NCBI GenBank assembly: GCA_963808505.1
Contig: CAWEFZ010000004.1
Coordinates: 507,058 to 571,057 of the forward strand
Direction of reading: 5' to 3'
Length of the DNA: 64,000 bases
From: an uncultured Alphaproteobacteria bacterium
GTDB taxonomy: Bacteria; Pseudomonadota; Alphaproteobacteria; Rhizobiales; Rhodomicrobiaceae
Shown: piece by piece, positions 46,037-56,397 of the stretch
Numbering within the stretch: the first letter of the stretch is position 1
How the letters are laid out: each line of letters starts with the position of its first letter
Position numbers and translations under genes: made by a program
The notes under the pieces: generated by a model
What the model was told of the DNA's origin: nothing
Seen by the model: only the letters and a program-made list of their open reading frames with translations
Database searches by the model: none

Positions 46037-48094
46037 ATGGGTTTGAATCGTTTGAGCGAAGAAACCAGCCCCTACCTCCAGCAGCACAAGAACAACCCTG
46101 TTGATTGGTGGCCCTGGCGTCAGGAGGCTTTCGAGGAGGCCCAGCGGCTCGATAAGCCGGTCCTGCTTTCGATAGGCTACGCCGCCTGCCATTGGTGCCA
46201 TGTGATGGCGCACGAAAGCTTCGAGAATGACGAAACGGCCAAGCTCATGAACGAGCTGTTCGTGAACATCAAGGTGGACCGCGAAGAGCGCCCCGATGTC
46301 GATACGCTCTACATGACGGCGCTGCAGGAGCTGGGCGAGCAGGGCGGCTGGCCGCTCACGATGTTTCTCACGCCCGACGGGATGCCCTTCTTCGGCGGCA
46401 CCTATTTTCCGAATACGCCCCGCTTCGGGCGGCCGAGCTTCACCGAAGTGCTGGTCAACGTCGCGCGCGTCTACGCGAACGAAAAGGAGACCATCGCGCA
46501 GAACACCGCCTATCTGAAATCGCGGCTCATGCCCCGGCTGAACTACGACGCCGCGCCCGAGATTTCGGAGGAGCAGCTTGCCGCCATCGCCAGCAAATTC
46601 ATCGGCGGCATCGATCCAACGAATGGCGGGCTGCGCGGCGCGCCCAAATTCCCCAACACGAGCATCTTCGGTTTCCTCTGGAGGGCGGGGCTGCGCTATG
46701 GCCTGAAGACCTGCCTCGAAGAAGTGAAGAATACGCTCCTGCATATGTGCCAGGGCGGTATCTACGATCACATCGGGGGCGGCTTCGCGCGCTACTCCGT
46801 CGATGAGCGCTGGCTCGTGCCGCACTTCGAGAAGATGCTCTACGACAATGCGCTGCTGATCGAACTCATGACCGAGGTCTGGAAGGAGACGCAATCCGAC
46901 CGCCTGCGCGCGCGCGTCAGCGAGACCATCGGGTGGTTGTCCCGCGACATGATCCTCGAAGGCGGAGGGTTCGCCTCGTCCGTCGATGCGGATACGGAAG
47001 GGGAGGAAGGAAAGTTCTACGTCTGGACCGCCCAGGAGATTACCAACATCCTCGGCCATGACGAGCAGGCGGCGCTTTTCGCGCAGGTCTACGACGTGAC
47101 CGAGGGCGGCAACTGGGACGGCAAGACCATCCTCAACCGGTTGAATGCGCTGGCGCTGCTGAGCCGCGAGGAGGAGCAGGCCCTGGACGCGTGCCGCGCG
47201 AAGCTTTTTGCGGTCCGGGACCGGCGCAAGAAGCCGGGCCGCGACGACAAGGCGCTCGCCGACTGGAACGGCCTCGCGATAAGGGCGCTTTCCAAAGCGA
47301 GCGACGCGTTCGCGCGGCCGGAATGGACGAGGCTGGCCGAAGACGCCTACGCTTTCGTCTCGGGCCGCATGATCTCGCAAGGCCGCCTGTTCCATTCAAG
47401 CCGGAACGAAAAACTGAAAGGCCCGGCAACCTCGGCCGACTATGCGAATACGATCTCGGCGGCGCTGGCCCTTTATCAGGTTACCAACGCCAGGCGCTAT
47501 CTGGACGATGCCCTTGCCTGGACCGCGATCATGAATCGCCATTACGGCGCCGAGAGCGGCGGCTATTACCTCGCCGCGGACGACACCAGCGATCTCATTT
47601 TGAGGCCGCTTTCGGCGAGCGACGACGCGACCCCCAATGCGAACGCGACGATGCTGCAAAATCTCGCGGACCTCTACACGTTCACGGGCGATGCGGCGTA
47701 TCTCAGACAGGCGGACCAGCTCCTGGCCGCCTTCCAGGGGGTCGCCCAATCGATGGCGCTGGCTTACACCGGCCTGTTGTCGAGCGCGCTTTCGCTGATA
47801 TCGCCGCAGCACATCGTCATCGCCGGAGACAGGGCGGAGGAGGGCGCCGGCGCTTGGCGAAAAGCCTTGGCCGAAGTTTCCCTGCCGGGCGCCATCATCC
47901 AATGGGTGGGCGGCGGCGCGGATGTCTCGCCCGCGTCGCCTGCCGCTGGCAAAGGCCGGGCCGGCGGCAAGATCGCCGCCTATATCTGCATGGGGGAGCG
48001 ATGCTCGCCGCCGCTCACCGACCCGGACACGGTGAAAGACAGGCTGAAGGAAGAGCGGCACGTTTCGGTGCAGGTCGCCGCGTCATCCGTGTGA
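46037..48094 (+). CDS. Thioredoxin-domain protein of the YyaL/DUF255 (SSP411-like) family
   Basis: [17 protein letters not shown]...[23 protein letters not shown], followed by an (alpha/alpha)6-barrel-like remainder. Confidence 0.9.
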   Translation: MGLNRLSEETSPYLQQHKNNPVDWWPWRQEAFEEAQRLDKPVLLSIGYAACHWCHVMAHESFENDETAKLMNELFVNIKVDREERPDVDTLYMTALQELGEQGGWPLTMFLTPDGMPFFGGTYFPNTPRFGRPSFTEVLVNVARVYANEKETIAQNTAYLKSRLMPRLNYDAAPEISEEQLAAIASKFIGGIDPTNGGLRGAPKFPNTSIFGFLWRAGLRYGLKTCLEEVKNTLLHMCQGGIYDHIGGGFARYSVDERWLVPHFEKMLYDNALLIELMTEVWKETQSDRLRARVSETIGWLSRDMILEGGGFASSVDADTEGEEGKFYVWTAQEITNILGHDEQAALFAQVYDVTEGGNWDGKTILNRLNALALLSREEEQALDACRAKLFAVRDRRKKPGRDDKALADWNGLAIRALSKASDAFARPEWTRLAEDAYAFVSGRMISQGRLFHSSRNEKLKGPATSADYANTISAALALYQVTNARRYLDDALAWTAIMNRHYGAESGGYYLAADDTSDLILRPLSASDDATPNANATMLQNLADLYTFTGDAAYLRQADQLLAAFQGVAQSMALAYTGLLSSALSLISPQHIVIAGDRAEEGAGAWRKALAEVSLPGAIIQWVGGGADVSPASPAAGKGRAGGKIAAYICMGERCSPPLTDPDTVKDRLKEERHVSVQVAASSV

Positions 48095-48276
48095 GGAATA
48101 GCAGCCCGCCCACGACATTGGCCGGCGTTTCGCCATGCCTGTCCGAGCAGCGCTGACATTCGCTTACCTGAGCGTGCGCTTTACCAACGACGGCGAGCAT
48201 CTTTAGGCTCAATCTCCCGCGATTCTTAGAGCGGCTGACATGTGCGTCGCCGCATGCGTTTCGCTGAGGCGCGGGG

Positions 48277-48882
48277 ATGCCGGAAGTATTGCTGGGAGCG
48301 CTTTGCGCGGCCTACGATGAGATGGCCCTGGCCGTGCTCATCCTTTCCATGAAAGGGCGCATCCTGTTCGCCAATCTGACGGCGAAGACGATGCTCGAAA
48401 CCTGCTGGCCGATCCGCGCCTTCGACGGGCATGTCCAGGCAATCGAGCCGGCGGCGAATACGCAACTTCGAAAATCGATAGAGAAGCTGGGCCGGGCGGA
48501 CGGCGAAGCAACCGAACATGAATTCTGTCTCGTCCGGTCCTCGGCGGAAAAACCGGGCGCGATCGGATGCTTGCGCCTGCTGCAATCGTTGAGCGGAGGA
48601 GAGCCGGCGATCGCTTTTTTTATCACCGAGACCGGCCAGAAAAGCCATTACGGGCTGGACGGTTTCGCCGAGGCCTACGGTTTGAGCAAAGCCGAGGCTC
48701 GCACCCTCAAGGCTCTTATCGAGGCGCAAACGCCGGCCAACGCCGCTGTTCGCCTGAACGTCGCTCTATCCACGGTCAAAAGCCATATCCGCAAGATCTT
48801 CCAGAAGACGAACATATCCCGGCAGGCTGACTTGCTGCGCCTCGTGGAGAGCTGCCGCACCCCTTTCCGCAAAACGGAATAG
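48277..48882 (+). CDS. LuxR-family transcriptional regulator with a PAS-like N-terminal domain
   Basis: The C-terminal HTH reads LSKAEARTLKALIEAQTPANAAVRLNVALSTVKSHIRKIFQKTNISRQADLLRLV. Confidence 0.85.
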   Translation: MPEVLLGALCAAYDEMALAVLILSMKGRILFANLTAKTMLETCWPIRAFDGHVQAIEPAANTQLRKSIEKLGRADGEATEHEFCLVRSSAEKPGAIGCLRLLQSLSGGEPAIAFFITETGQKSHYGLDGFAEAYGLSKAEARTLKALIEAQTPANAAVRLNVALSTVKSHIRKIFQKTNISRQADLLRLVESCRTPFRKTE

Positions 48883-49010
48883 GCGCGCGCCTGGACGCCG
48901 AGTACCCAAGCGCCAAAAGTCCTGGCCGCTTTCGGCGTGTGAAAAAATCCGCATACGCCGGAATTTGCGCCGCAGCTCGCCTCTCCCCCTGGGAGAGGGG
49001 ACGCATGCTC

Positions 49011-50276
49011 CTAGGTGTTCATCGAATCGAAGAAGTCGTTGTTCGTCTTCGTCTGGCGCAACTTGTCGAGCAGGAACTCGATGCCGTCCATCGGACCCAT
49101 CGGGTTGAGGATGCGGCGGAGCACGTACATCTTGCGCAGCTGCGCCTGCGGAACCAGCAGCTCCTCTTTGCGGGTGCCGGACTTTGCGATGTCCATGGCC
49201 GGGAACACGCGCTTGTCGGCCACCTTGCGGTCGAGGACGAGCTCGGAATTGCCCGTGCCCTTGAACTCTTCGAAGATCACCTCGTCCATGCGGCTGCCGG
49301 TCTCGACGAGCGCGGTGGCGATGATGGTGAGCGAGCCGCCTTCCTCGATATTGCGCGCGGCGCCGAAGAAGCGCTTCGGCCGCTGCAAGGCGTTGGCGTC
49401 GACGCCGCCCGTGAGCACCTTGCCGGATGAGGGAACGACGGTGTTGTAGGCGCGGCCGAGGCGGGTGATCGAATTGAGCAGGATCACGACATCGAGCTTA
49501 TGCTCGACAAGCCGCTTGGCCTTCTCGATCACCATCTCGGCCACCTGCACGTGCCGCGACGCCGGTTCGTCGAAGGTCGAGCTGATGACCTCGCCGCGCA
49601 CCGAGCGCTGCATGTCGGTCACTTCTTCGGGCCGCTCGTCGATGAGAAGCACGATCAGATAGCATTCCGGATGGTTCGCGGTGATGGAGTGGGCGATGTT
49701 CTGCAAGAGAACCGTCTTGCCGGTGCGCGGCGGGGCCACGATCAGGCCGCGCTGGCCCTTGCCGAGCGGCGCCACGATATCGATCACGCGCGGGCTTAAA
49801 TCCTTCGATTCCGGCCGGTCCGTCTCCATCTTCAGCCAGTCGTTCGGATAAAGCGGCGTCAGGTTGTCGAAGTGAATCTTGTGCCGGACCTTCTCCGGGT
49901 CGTCGAAGTTGATCTTGTTGACCTTGAGCAGCGCGAAGTAGCGCTCGCCATCCTTCGGCCCGCGGATCTGCCCTTCAACCGTGTCGCCGGTCTTGAGCCC
50001 AAAGCGGCGGATCTGGCTCGGGCTGACATAGATGTCGTCCGGGCCGGGCAGATAGTTCGAGTCCGGCGAACGAAGGAAGCCGAAGCCATCCTGCAGAATC
50101 TCCACGACCCCGTTTCCGGTAATTTCTATCTCTCGCGCGGCGAGCTGCTTCAGTATCGCGAACATCAGCTCCTGCTTTCGCAGGGCGCTCGCGTTTTCGA
50201 CGGCAAACTCCTCCGCGAAGGCGAGAAGCTCGGTGGGAGACTTTATTTTAAGGTCCTGAAGTTTCATTTCTTGCAT
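49011..50276 (-). CDS. rho: Transcription termination factor Rho
   Basis: The start is set at [10 protein letters not shown], giving 421 aa. GFGFLRS, the Walker A motif PPRTGKT and LIDERPEEV are present, followed by the classic C-terminal sequence. Confidence 0.95.
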   Translation of the reverse strand: MQEMKLQDLKIKSPTELLAFAEEFAVENASALRKQELMFAILKQLAAREIEITGNGVVEILQDGFGFLRSPDSNYLPGPDDIYVSPSQIRRFGLKTGDTVEGQIRGPKDGERYFALLKVNKINFDDPEKVRHKIHFDNLTPLYPNDWLKMETDRPESKDLSPRVIDIVAPLGKGQRGLIVAPPRTGKTVLLQNIAHSITANHPECYLIVLLIDERPEEVTDMQRSVRGEVISSTFDEPASRHVQVAEMVIEKAKRLVEHKLDVVILLNSITRLGRAYNTVVPSSGKVLTGGVDANALQRPKRFFGAARNIEEGGSLTIIATALVETGSRMDEVIFEEFKGTGNSELVLDRKVADKRVFPAMDIAKSGTRKEELLVPQAQLRKMYVLRRILNPMGPMDGIEFLLDKLRQTKTNNDFFDSMNT

Positions 50277-50763
50277 GTTGGGGACGACTTCCGGGAGGTG
50301 AAATTGGCGCAGCAGAGCCTGCGAGCCGGATGGAATGAGGACTGTCGTTAGGCCGCTTGTCTTCTTGAGGGGGGAGTGTGCGGCTTCTTCACTCGATTCG
50401 AGTTCCGGCAAATCCCACCCCGTAAAATGGCGGCTGCCGGAAGCTTACGACACTTTGAATATAGCAGCCTTCATTCCTTTCGGAAAGATTGGAACATACG
50501 GGACGCCGCATTTTCCAGTGAATTCCCGAAAGGAAGGGTTGCACAACCGCCAGGATTACGATCCCGGCGAGAAATAATACCGGCGGCCGAAAGTCTTGGC
50601 CGCTCCGCGGCGTCGTCCCCGTCCCCGCCTTCGTGGGGATAAACTCCGGCGGGGACCCAGGTATCGCTGCGCTATTTCAATAGCTTCCGCCGCCGGGATA
50701 CCTGGATTCCCGCTCCCCGTCCGCGCGGGGACAAGCTTCGCGGGAATGACGCCGATGGGCGCG

Positions 50764-51822
50764 CTAAGCTTCCGATCTGACGAGACGGATGAGCTTTTCA
50801 ACGTGCTCGATGGGGGTTTCGGGAAGGATCCCGTGGCCGAGATTGAAGACATACGGCTTGGGCGACAGGGCATTCAGAATCGCTTTGACCCTTCGCTCCA
50901 TAGCATCCCCGCCAGCGAGCAGCAACAGCGGATCGAGATTGCCCTGCACGGGGAGCTTGTCCTGTATCGCCGCAATCGTCTTGAGCGGCGCTGCTGTGTC
51001 GCAGCCGAGCGCATCGACGCCGGTCTTCGCCACATACTCCGCATATTGCGGCGAGCTTCCGCGCGGGAAACCGATGATCGGAACGTTCGGATGGACGGCT
51101 TTCACCTTCTTCACGATTCGGGCGGTGGGCTCGATCGCGTAGGCTTCGAAGTCGTTATCGGCGAGCGCGCCGGCCCAGCTGTCGAAAATCTGGAGCGCGC
51201 GGGCGCCGGCGTTCACCTGCCCGATGAGGTAAATACTGGACGCTTCCACGAGCAGATCGAGGATCGCGCCGAAAACCTCCGGATGGCGATAGGCGAGAAG
51301 CTTGGCGGCCTTGTAATCGCTGGAGCCGTGGCCCTCGACCATGTAGCTCGCCACGGTCCAGGGCGCGCCGCAGAAGCCGATCAGGGGCGCGCGGCCTTCG
51401 AGGCCGGCGATGGTCTTGTGGATCGCTTCGTAAACGATCTCGAAGGTCGCCTTCGCCTTTTCGACCGAAAGCTTGGATAGATCCTTCAGTGTCTCGATTG
51501 GCTCAAGGTGCGGCCCTTCGCCTTCGCGGAACTCCAAATGCTGGCCGAGCGCGTGCGGCACCACGAGGATGTCGGAAAAGATGATGGCGGCGTCGAAGCC
51601 GAAGCGCCTGATGGGCTGGATCGTCACCTCGGCCGCGAGCTTCGGGTTGTAACACAGGTTCAGGAAAGACCCTGCCTGCGCCCGGACTTCCCGGTATTCG
51701 GCGAGATAGCGTCCCGCTTGCCGCATGAGCCATAGGGGCGGCGCTTTGTGAGCCTTTCCGGCCAGAGCTTCGAGGAACTTCGGCGCCTGTTTCTGGGAGG
51801 CGGCTTCGGAGGCTGACTTCAT
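50764..51822 (-). CDS. hemE: Uroporphyrinogen decarboxylase
   Basis: PPLWLMRQAGRYLAEYREVR and FDAAIIFSDILVVP signatures. Confidence 0.95.
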   Translation of the reverse strand: MKSASEAASQKQAPKFLEALAGKAHKAPPLWLMRQAGRYLAEYREVRAQAGSFLNLCYNPKLAAEVTIQPIRRFGFDAAIIFSDILVVPHALGQHLEFREGEGPHLEPIETLKDLSKLSVEKAKATFEIVYEAIHKTIAGLEGRAPLIGFCGAPWTVASYMVEGHGSSDYKAAKLLAYRHPEVFGAILDLLVEASSIYLIGQVNAGARALQIFDSWAGALADNDFEAYAIEPTARIVKKVKAVHPNVPIIGFPRGSSPQYAEYVAKTGVDALGCDTAAPLKTIAAIQDKLPVQGNLDPLLLLAGGDAMERRVKAILNALSPKPYVFNLGHGILPETPIEHVEKLIRLVRSEA

Positions 51823-52146
51823 AAGAAAAATTCCACTCTGGATCTGTTGCTTCTTTTCTTAGGGGATGCATAACGCGGAAACACGAAGTTTTGCCGCGTT
51901 CATCCCCTGGGTTGAGATGCAGGCTGCGCTTGAAGATGCGAGCGGCTTGGCTCATGTTGAAAAAGCCCGCGCTCACATCGGTTTCATCTTGTGCTGTTTA
52001 GCCTTGCTTTGCCCCTTTCAGCAATGAATAACGTAGGGAACAACCTGTGAAGACTCAGCGCAGGCCCCGATCGGGTGTTAACAAAGAGCTTTTTTTCCAG
52101 AGCTCCAAGAGCTGTGCGCTCTTTTTTAATTGGCGTGGAGGACTCA
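51823..52146. other. Candidate chromosomal replication origin (oriC) region
   Basis: This is the hemE-adjacent intergenic region, as in Caulobacter and rhizobia. Conserved genes switch from the minus strand (left) to the plus strand (right) exactly here. Only degenerate DnaA-box-like 9-mers were found, for example TTTTCCAGA at about 52092. Confidence 0.3.
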
Positions 52147-53034
52147 ATGACGGATGACGGAGCCAAGCCCAGCGTAAGCGGGACGGAGACCCCTTTATCC
52201 TCGGAATTCACACCAATCCCCACCCCGAAGCATTTCCATCTCCACCTCGTTTCGGATGCTTCGGGCGAGACGCTGACGACCATGGCGAAGGCGGCCGTGG
52301 TGCAGCTCGCGGGCGCGAAGCCGAACCGGCACATGCATCCGCTGGTGCGCAACCAGAAGCAGCTTGCTATGGTCTTGCAGCAAATCGAGACGTTGCCGGG
52401 CATTGTGCTCTATACGCTCATGAACCCCGAACTCGCGGAGCATCTGGAAACACGATGCGCCGAGCTTGCCGTCCCGTGCGTGGCGGTGCTGAAACCGGTT
52501 CTCCTGGCGTTCGAGCACTACTTGAAAATATCGTCGCGCGCGGTGGTCGCCGGGCAGCACACGCTCGACGCCGATTATTTCCGGCGCATCGACGCCATGG
52601 ACTTCACGCTCGGCCATGACGATAGCCAAGGCACCGACAACCTGGACAAGGCGGATATCGTGCTGGTGGGCGCGAGCCGAACCTCGAAGACGCCCACCAG
52701 CATCTATCTCGCGAACAGAGGCTTCAAGACCGCAAATGTATCGCTTGTTCCGAATATTCCATTGCCTGCCGGGCTCTTAGGCCTGAAGGCGCCCTTCGTG
52801 GTCGGACTCGTTGCAAGTCCCGAGCGCACTGCGGAAATTCGCCGCAATCGGCTGCTTGCCTTGAACAGCAATAAGTTCGATGATTATGTCGACGCAGACA
52901 TGATAAAGAACGAAATGGCGTTTACGAAAAGGCTTTGTTCGCAGAACCGCTGGCACGTCATCGATGTCACACGGAAGTCCATCGAGGAGACCGCCGCCGC
53001 AATAATCGCCCTTTACGAAAACAGCCGCGGATAG
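52147..53034 (+). CDS. Pyruvate, phosphate dikinase / PEP synthase regulatory protein (DUF299 kinase-pyrophosphorylase)
   Basis: HLHLVSDASGETL and the P-loop VLVGASRTSKTPTSIYLANRG. The start is set at MTDDGAK. Confidence 0.9.
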   Translation: MTDDGAKPSVSGTETPLSSEFTPIPTPKHFHLHLVSDASGETLTTMAKAAVVQLAGAKPNRHMHPLVRNQKQLAMVLQQIETLPGIVLYTLMNPELAEHLETRCAELAVPCVAVLKPVLLAFEHYLKISSRAVVAGQHTLDADYFRRIDAMDFTLGHDDSQGTDNLDKADIVLVGASRTSKTPTSIYLANRGFKTANVSLVPNIPLPAGLLGLKAPFVVGLVASPERTAEIRRNRLLALNSNKFDDYVDADMIKNEMAFTKRLCSQNRWHVIDVTRKSIEETAAAIIALYENSRG

Positions 53035-53084
53035 CTGGCCACTGTCCGCTCAAGTTCTAGCTAAAACAAGGTAAATTTCGCGCG

Positions 53085-53687
53085 ATGCAAGCCGATTACC
53101 CAGCGATCATCCTCGCGTCCGCGAGTTCAGCGCGCGGCGCCATCCTCGCGCACGCGGGCGTGCGATTCCATCAGCGGCCGTCCATGGTGGACGAGGCCGA
53201 GGAGCGTAAGCATTTGGCCAGCAGCTTGGCGCCCGTCGAAGTTGCGAAGGCTTTGGCGCGCCTGAAGGCCGACAATGTGCTGGAGACGGAGCCGGGCGCC
53301 ATCGTCATCGGCGCCGATCAGGTTTTGGCCATCGACGGCGAGATTCTTCAGAAGCCGAGGAGCCGGGACGAGGCGCGCAGCCAGCTTTTGAAGCTTCGGG
53401 GCCGCACGCATCAGTTGCACACGGCGGCGGTGCTGCTTTACAAGGGCCACGCGGCAAACTTCTCCGATGTCGCGACGATCGCGCTCCGCGATTTCTCCGA
53501 CGAATTCCTGGACTGGTATCTCGATTTGGCGGGCGAAGGCGTGCTGACCTCCGTCGGCGCCTACCACATCGAAGGCCTCGGCATTCATCTGTTCTCCGAG
53601 GTGCGGGGCGATTATTTCACCATCCTCGGACTGCCCATCATCCCGGTTCTGGACGAGCTGCGCCGTCTCTCTATCCTTATGAAGTAG
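53085..53687 (+). CDS. maf: Maf-like nucleoside triphosphate pyrophosphatase
   Basis: ILASASSARGAIL, IGADQVL and GAYHIEGLG motifs. Confidence 0.9.
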   Translation: MQADYPAIILASASSARGAILAHAGVRFHQRPSMVDEAEERKHLASSLAPVEVAKALARLKADNVLETEPGAIVIGADQVLAIDGEILQKPRSRDEARSQLLKLRGRTHQLHTAAVLLYKGHAANFSDVATIALRDFSDEFLDWYLDLAGEGVLTSVGAYHIEGLGIHLFSEVRGDYFTILGLPIIPVLDELRRLSILMK

Positions 53688-53696
53688 GAAGCGCCG

Positions 53697-54605
53697 ATGA
53701 AGCGCGCGTGTGTGATCGGCTGGCCCATCTCGCACTCCCTGTCTCCGGCGATTCACGGCTATTGGCTCAAGCGATACGGCATAGACGGCGACTATGTGAA
53801 GGAAGCGGTCGAGCCGAAGGATTTCGAAGGCTTCCTCAAGAGTTTGGCCGAGCGCGGCTTTCGCGGCGCCAACATTACCGTTCCTCACAAGATCGCAGCC
53901 TTCCGCCTCTGCGACGCCCGCGACGCGGCCGCCGAGGCCATCGGCGCGGTCAACACGGTTTCGGCCGGCGGCGGCAAGCTCGCGGGCTCGAACACCGATG
54001 CTTTCGGCTTCCTCGCCAGTCTCGACAGCGCGGCGCCGGGCTGGGACCGGTCAGGTAGATTCTCCGGCACAGCCGCCGGAACATCGTGCCCTCTCCCAGG
54101 GGGAGAGGGACAGGGTGAGGGGAGATCCGCGGTTGTTATCGGCGCCGGAGGGGCGGCCCGCGCGGTCGTTTGGGCGCTCCGTCAGCGCGGCTTCGAGGAG
54201 ATTCGCATCGTCAACCGCACGAGCGCCCGCGCCGAAGACTTGGCGGCGGCTTTCCCCGCCGCCCGCGCCTACGGTTTCGAGGCGCTGGCCCGCGCGCTTG
54301 AGGGCGCCTGTTTTGTCGTTAACGCATCCACGCTTGGCATGAAGGGCGCGCCGCCGCTCGACATCGATCTTTCGCCCGCCGCGCGCGATGCGACCGTCTG
54401 CGACATCGTCTACACCCCGCTCGAAACCGGCCTTCTCGCGGAGGCGCGGCGCCTCGGCCTCAACGCGGTGGATGGGCTCGGCATGCTGTTGCATCAAGCC
54501 GCGCCGGGCTTCGAGGCGTGGTTCGGCGTCCGGCCTGAAGTTACGGCGGAGTTGCGCGCGGCCGTGCTTGCCGCCATCGCGGCGCGGGAGGCCGCGTCCG
54601 CATGA
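53697..54605 (+). CDS. aroE: Shikimate dehydrogenase carrying an in-frame ~24-aa insertion derived from a family-C repeat
   Basis: SLSPAIHG, ANITVPHK, NTVS, GSNTDAFGF and VIGAGGAARAV motifs are present. The NTD-to-GAGG spacing is about 24 aa longer than in E. coli AroE. Confidence 0.9.
   Translation: MKRACVIGWPISHSLSPAIHGYWLKRYGIDGDYVKEAVEPKDFEGFLKSLAERGFRGANITVPHKIAAFRLCDARDAAAEAIGAVNTVSAGGGKLAGSNTDAFGFLASLDSAAPGWDRSGRFSGTAAGTSCPLPGGEGQGEGRSAVVIGAGGAARAVVWALRQRGFEEIRIVNRTSARAEDLAAAFPAARAYGFEALARALEGACFVVNASTLGMKGAPPLDIDLSPAARDATVCDIVYTPLETGLLAEARRLGLNAVDGLGMLLHQAAPGFEAWFGVRPEVTAELRAAVLAAIAAREAASA
54089..54122. repeat. Family-C palindromic unit inside aroE
   Basis: This 34-mer is identical to the intergenic 40770-40803. 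Here it is translated as PLPGGEGQGEG. Confidence 0.9.
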
Positions 54606-55228
54606 TCGTCGCGGGACTCACAGGCTCGATCGGGATGGGCAAGAGCACGGTTGCCGCTTATCTCCGCGCGCGGGGCGTTCCCGTTCTCGACGCCGACAAG
54701 ATTGTCCACGACCTCTATTCGGGCGAGGCCGCGCCGCTGATCGAGGCCGTCTTTCCGGGGACGGCCAAGGACGGCGCCGTGGATCGCGCGGCGCTCGGCG
54801 CACGCGTTCTCGGCTCGGAAACGGCGCTGAAAAAGCTCGAAGCCATCGTCCATCCCCGCGTCCGCGCCGCCGAATGGCGCTTTCTGCTCTCCGGGCAGGA
54901 CAAGGGCGCCGACCTCGCCATCCTCGAAATCCCGCTCCTGTTCGAGACGGCGCCGCACGGGCTGTTCGACGCTGTCATCGTTGTCAGCGCCCCGCCCGAG
55001 GCGCAGCGCGCCCGGCTGCTGCTGCGGCCCGGCATGACGGAGGAGAAGCTCGAAGCCATCCTCGCGCGCCAGATGCCGGACGCCGATAAGCGCGCCAAGG
55101 CGGACTTCGTTGTGGATACCGGCGCGGCCCTGGAAGACACCTACCGCCAAATCGATGCAGTTGTAACGGAGATCCTGAAACGGCCGCCGCTGGCTTACCA
55201 GCGCTGGGCCGATCTCCACCAAGACTGA
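54602..55228 (+). CDS. coaE: Dephospho-CoA kinase
   Basis: P-loop GLTGSIGMGKST. It has a 4-nt overlap with aroE. Confidence 0.95.
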   Translation: MIVAGLTGSIGMGKSTVAAYLRARGVPVLDADKIVHDLYSGEAAPLIEAVFPGTAKDGAVDRAALGARVLGSETALKKLEAIVHPRVRAAEWRFLLSGQDKGADLAILEIPLLFETAPHGLFDAVIVVSAPPEAQRARLLLRPGMTEEKLEAILARQMPDADKRAKADFVVDTGAALEDTYRQIDAVVTEILKRPPLAYQRWADLHQD

Positions 55229-55246
55229 CCGCATCGATGGGGCGCC

Positions 55247-55960
55247 ATGCGCGAACTTGTCCTCGACACCGAGACGACCGGGCTCGACCCGAAGGACAAT
55301 CACCGCATCATCGAGCTGGCTTGCGTCGAACTCATCAATTTCATCCCGACCGGCGCCACGTGGCATTGGTATTTCAATCCCGAGCGCGACGTGCCGAAAT
55401 CCGCGACCGAGATCCACGGCCTGACGGGCGCCTTTCTGGCCGACAAGCCGCTGTTCGGTTCGATCGCGGCGGACATCGTCGCGGCGCTGGGCGACGCGCG
55501 GCTCATCATCCATAACGCCGCCTTCAACGTCGGCTTCCTCAACGCCGAATTCGGCCGGCTCGGGCTTCCGCCGCTCAGCATGGAGCGCGTCACCGATACG
55601 CTGGCGCTCGCCCGCCGCAAGCACCCCGGCAGCCCCAACAATCTCGACGCGCTGTGCCGCCGCTACGGCATCGACAATTCGAAGCGCGAGAAGCACGGCG
55701 CGCTGCTCGACAGCGAACTCTTGGCGGATGTGTATCTGCGGCTCGTCGGCGCGGAGCAGGCCGGCCTCAACCTGATGACGCACTCGGCGTCCGAACAGGC
55801 GGAGGCGGCCGAAGCGGCGGTGCAGGTGCGGCTGAAGCCCTTGCCGCCGCGCATCACGGCGGAGGAGGAAGCCGCGCACGCCGCTTTCGTCGCGACGCTC
55901 GGCCCGAAGGCGATCTGGGCGCGCTATGCCGCGCCCGCGCCGGAGCAGTCCGCGGCTTAG
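55247..55960 (+). CDS. dnaQ: DNA polymerase III epsilon subunit (3'-5' exonuclease)
   Basis: ExoI LDTETTGL, ExoII IIHNAAFNVGFL and ExoIII HGALLDSELLADVY. Confidence 0.95.
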   Translation: MRELVLDTETTGLDPKDNHRIIELACVELINFIPTGATWHWYFNPERDVPKSATEIHGLTGAFLADKPLFGSIAADIVAALGDARLIIHNAAFNVGFLNAEFGRLGLPPLSMERVTDTLALARRKHPGSPNNLDALCRRYGIDNSKREKHGALLDSELLADVYLRLVGAEQAGLNLMTHSASEQAEAAEAAVQVRLKPLPPRITAEEEAAHAAFVATLGPKAIWARYAAPAPEQSAA

Positions 55961-56094
55961 TCATCCCGGCCAAGCGAAGCGCAGAGCCGGGATCTGCCTG
56001 CGATAACGTCCCGTGTCTGCGCAGTCCGCGCCTTGCCGCCACAACAAGCCGAGCGCCACTTTGTGTTCCCGGTCACGACTGTTATAGTGCGTCT

Positions 56095-56397
56095 ATGATC
56101 AAAAAGCGCGAAATGGTCGACGAGAAAGTGACCAAGGTTGTCAACGCGGTGCTCAAGGAACGCATGGAGCGGTTCGGCTTCCAGCGGGCGACGGTGCTCG
56201 TGGGCCAAGATCACGATGGGGACCCGGTGCTGCTGATCGATGCCGACTACGCATACTCAAGCGACCCCATAGACGTTCGCGCAACGGTTGGCCTTGTCAG
56301 CGCGCTACGTGACGCCCTTGAGGACATCGGTGAGTTTCGCTTCCCGCACGTCCGGCACCATTTCGATGAACGGCAGCGCACGGCGAAATCGGCGTGA
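56095..56397 (+). CDS. Hypothetical 100-aa protein, upstream partner of an overlapping two-gene module
   Basis: This is the internal ATG of ORF 55654-56397. The stop overlaps the next start (ATGA). VLVGQDHDGDPVLLIDADY is only faintly reminiscent of minimal nucleotidyltransferase cores. Confidence 0.55.
   Translation: MIKKREMVDEKVTKVVNAVLKERMERFGFQRATVLVGQDHDGDPVLLIDADYAYSSDPIDVRATVGLVSALRDALEDIGEFRFPHVRHHFDERQRTAKSA

Noticed and set aside
45914-47395. Long antisense ORFs opposite well-supported genes. Examples are 45914-47395(-), 44507-45841(+), 40264-41826(+), 54494-55879(-), 30666-32036(+), 59805-60992(+), 61508-62554(-), 6653-7771(-), 8531-9679(+), 38314-39444(+) and 14435-15460(+).
   Set aside because: These are typical high-GC shadow frames. 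Their translations are Arg/Ala/Gly/Pro-rich and lack recognisable motifs, while the opposite strand or another frame carries unambiguous conserved proteins (YyaL, MnmE, MnmG, CoaE/DnaQ, the RND pump, MFS, CoaA, the ParA-like ATPase, S8 peptidase, ParA, EmrB-like).
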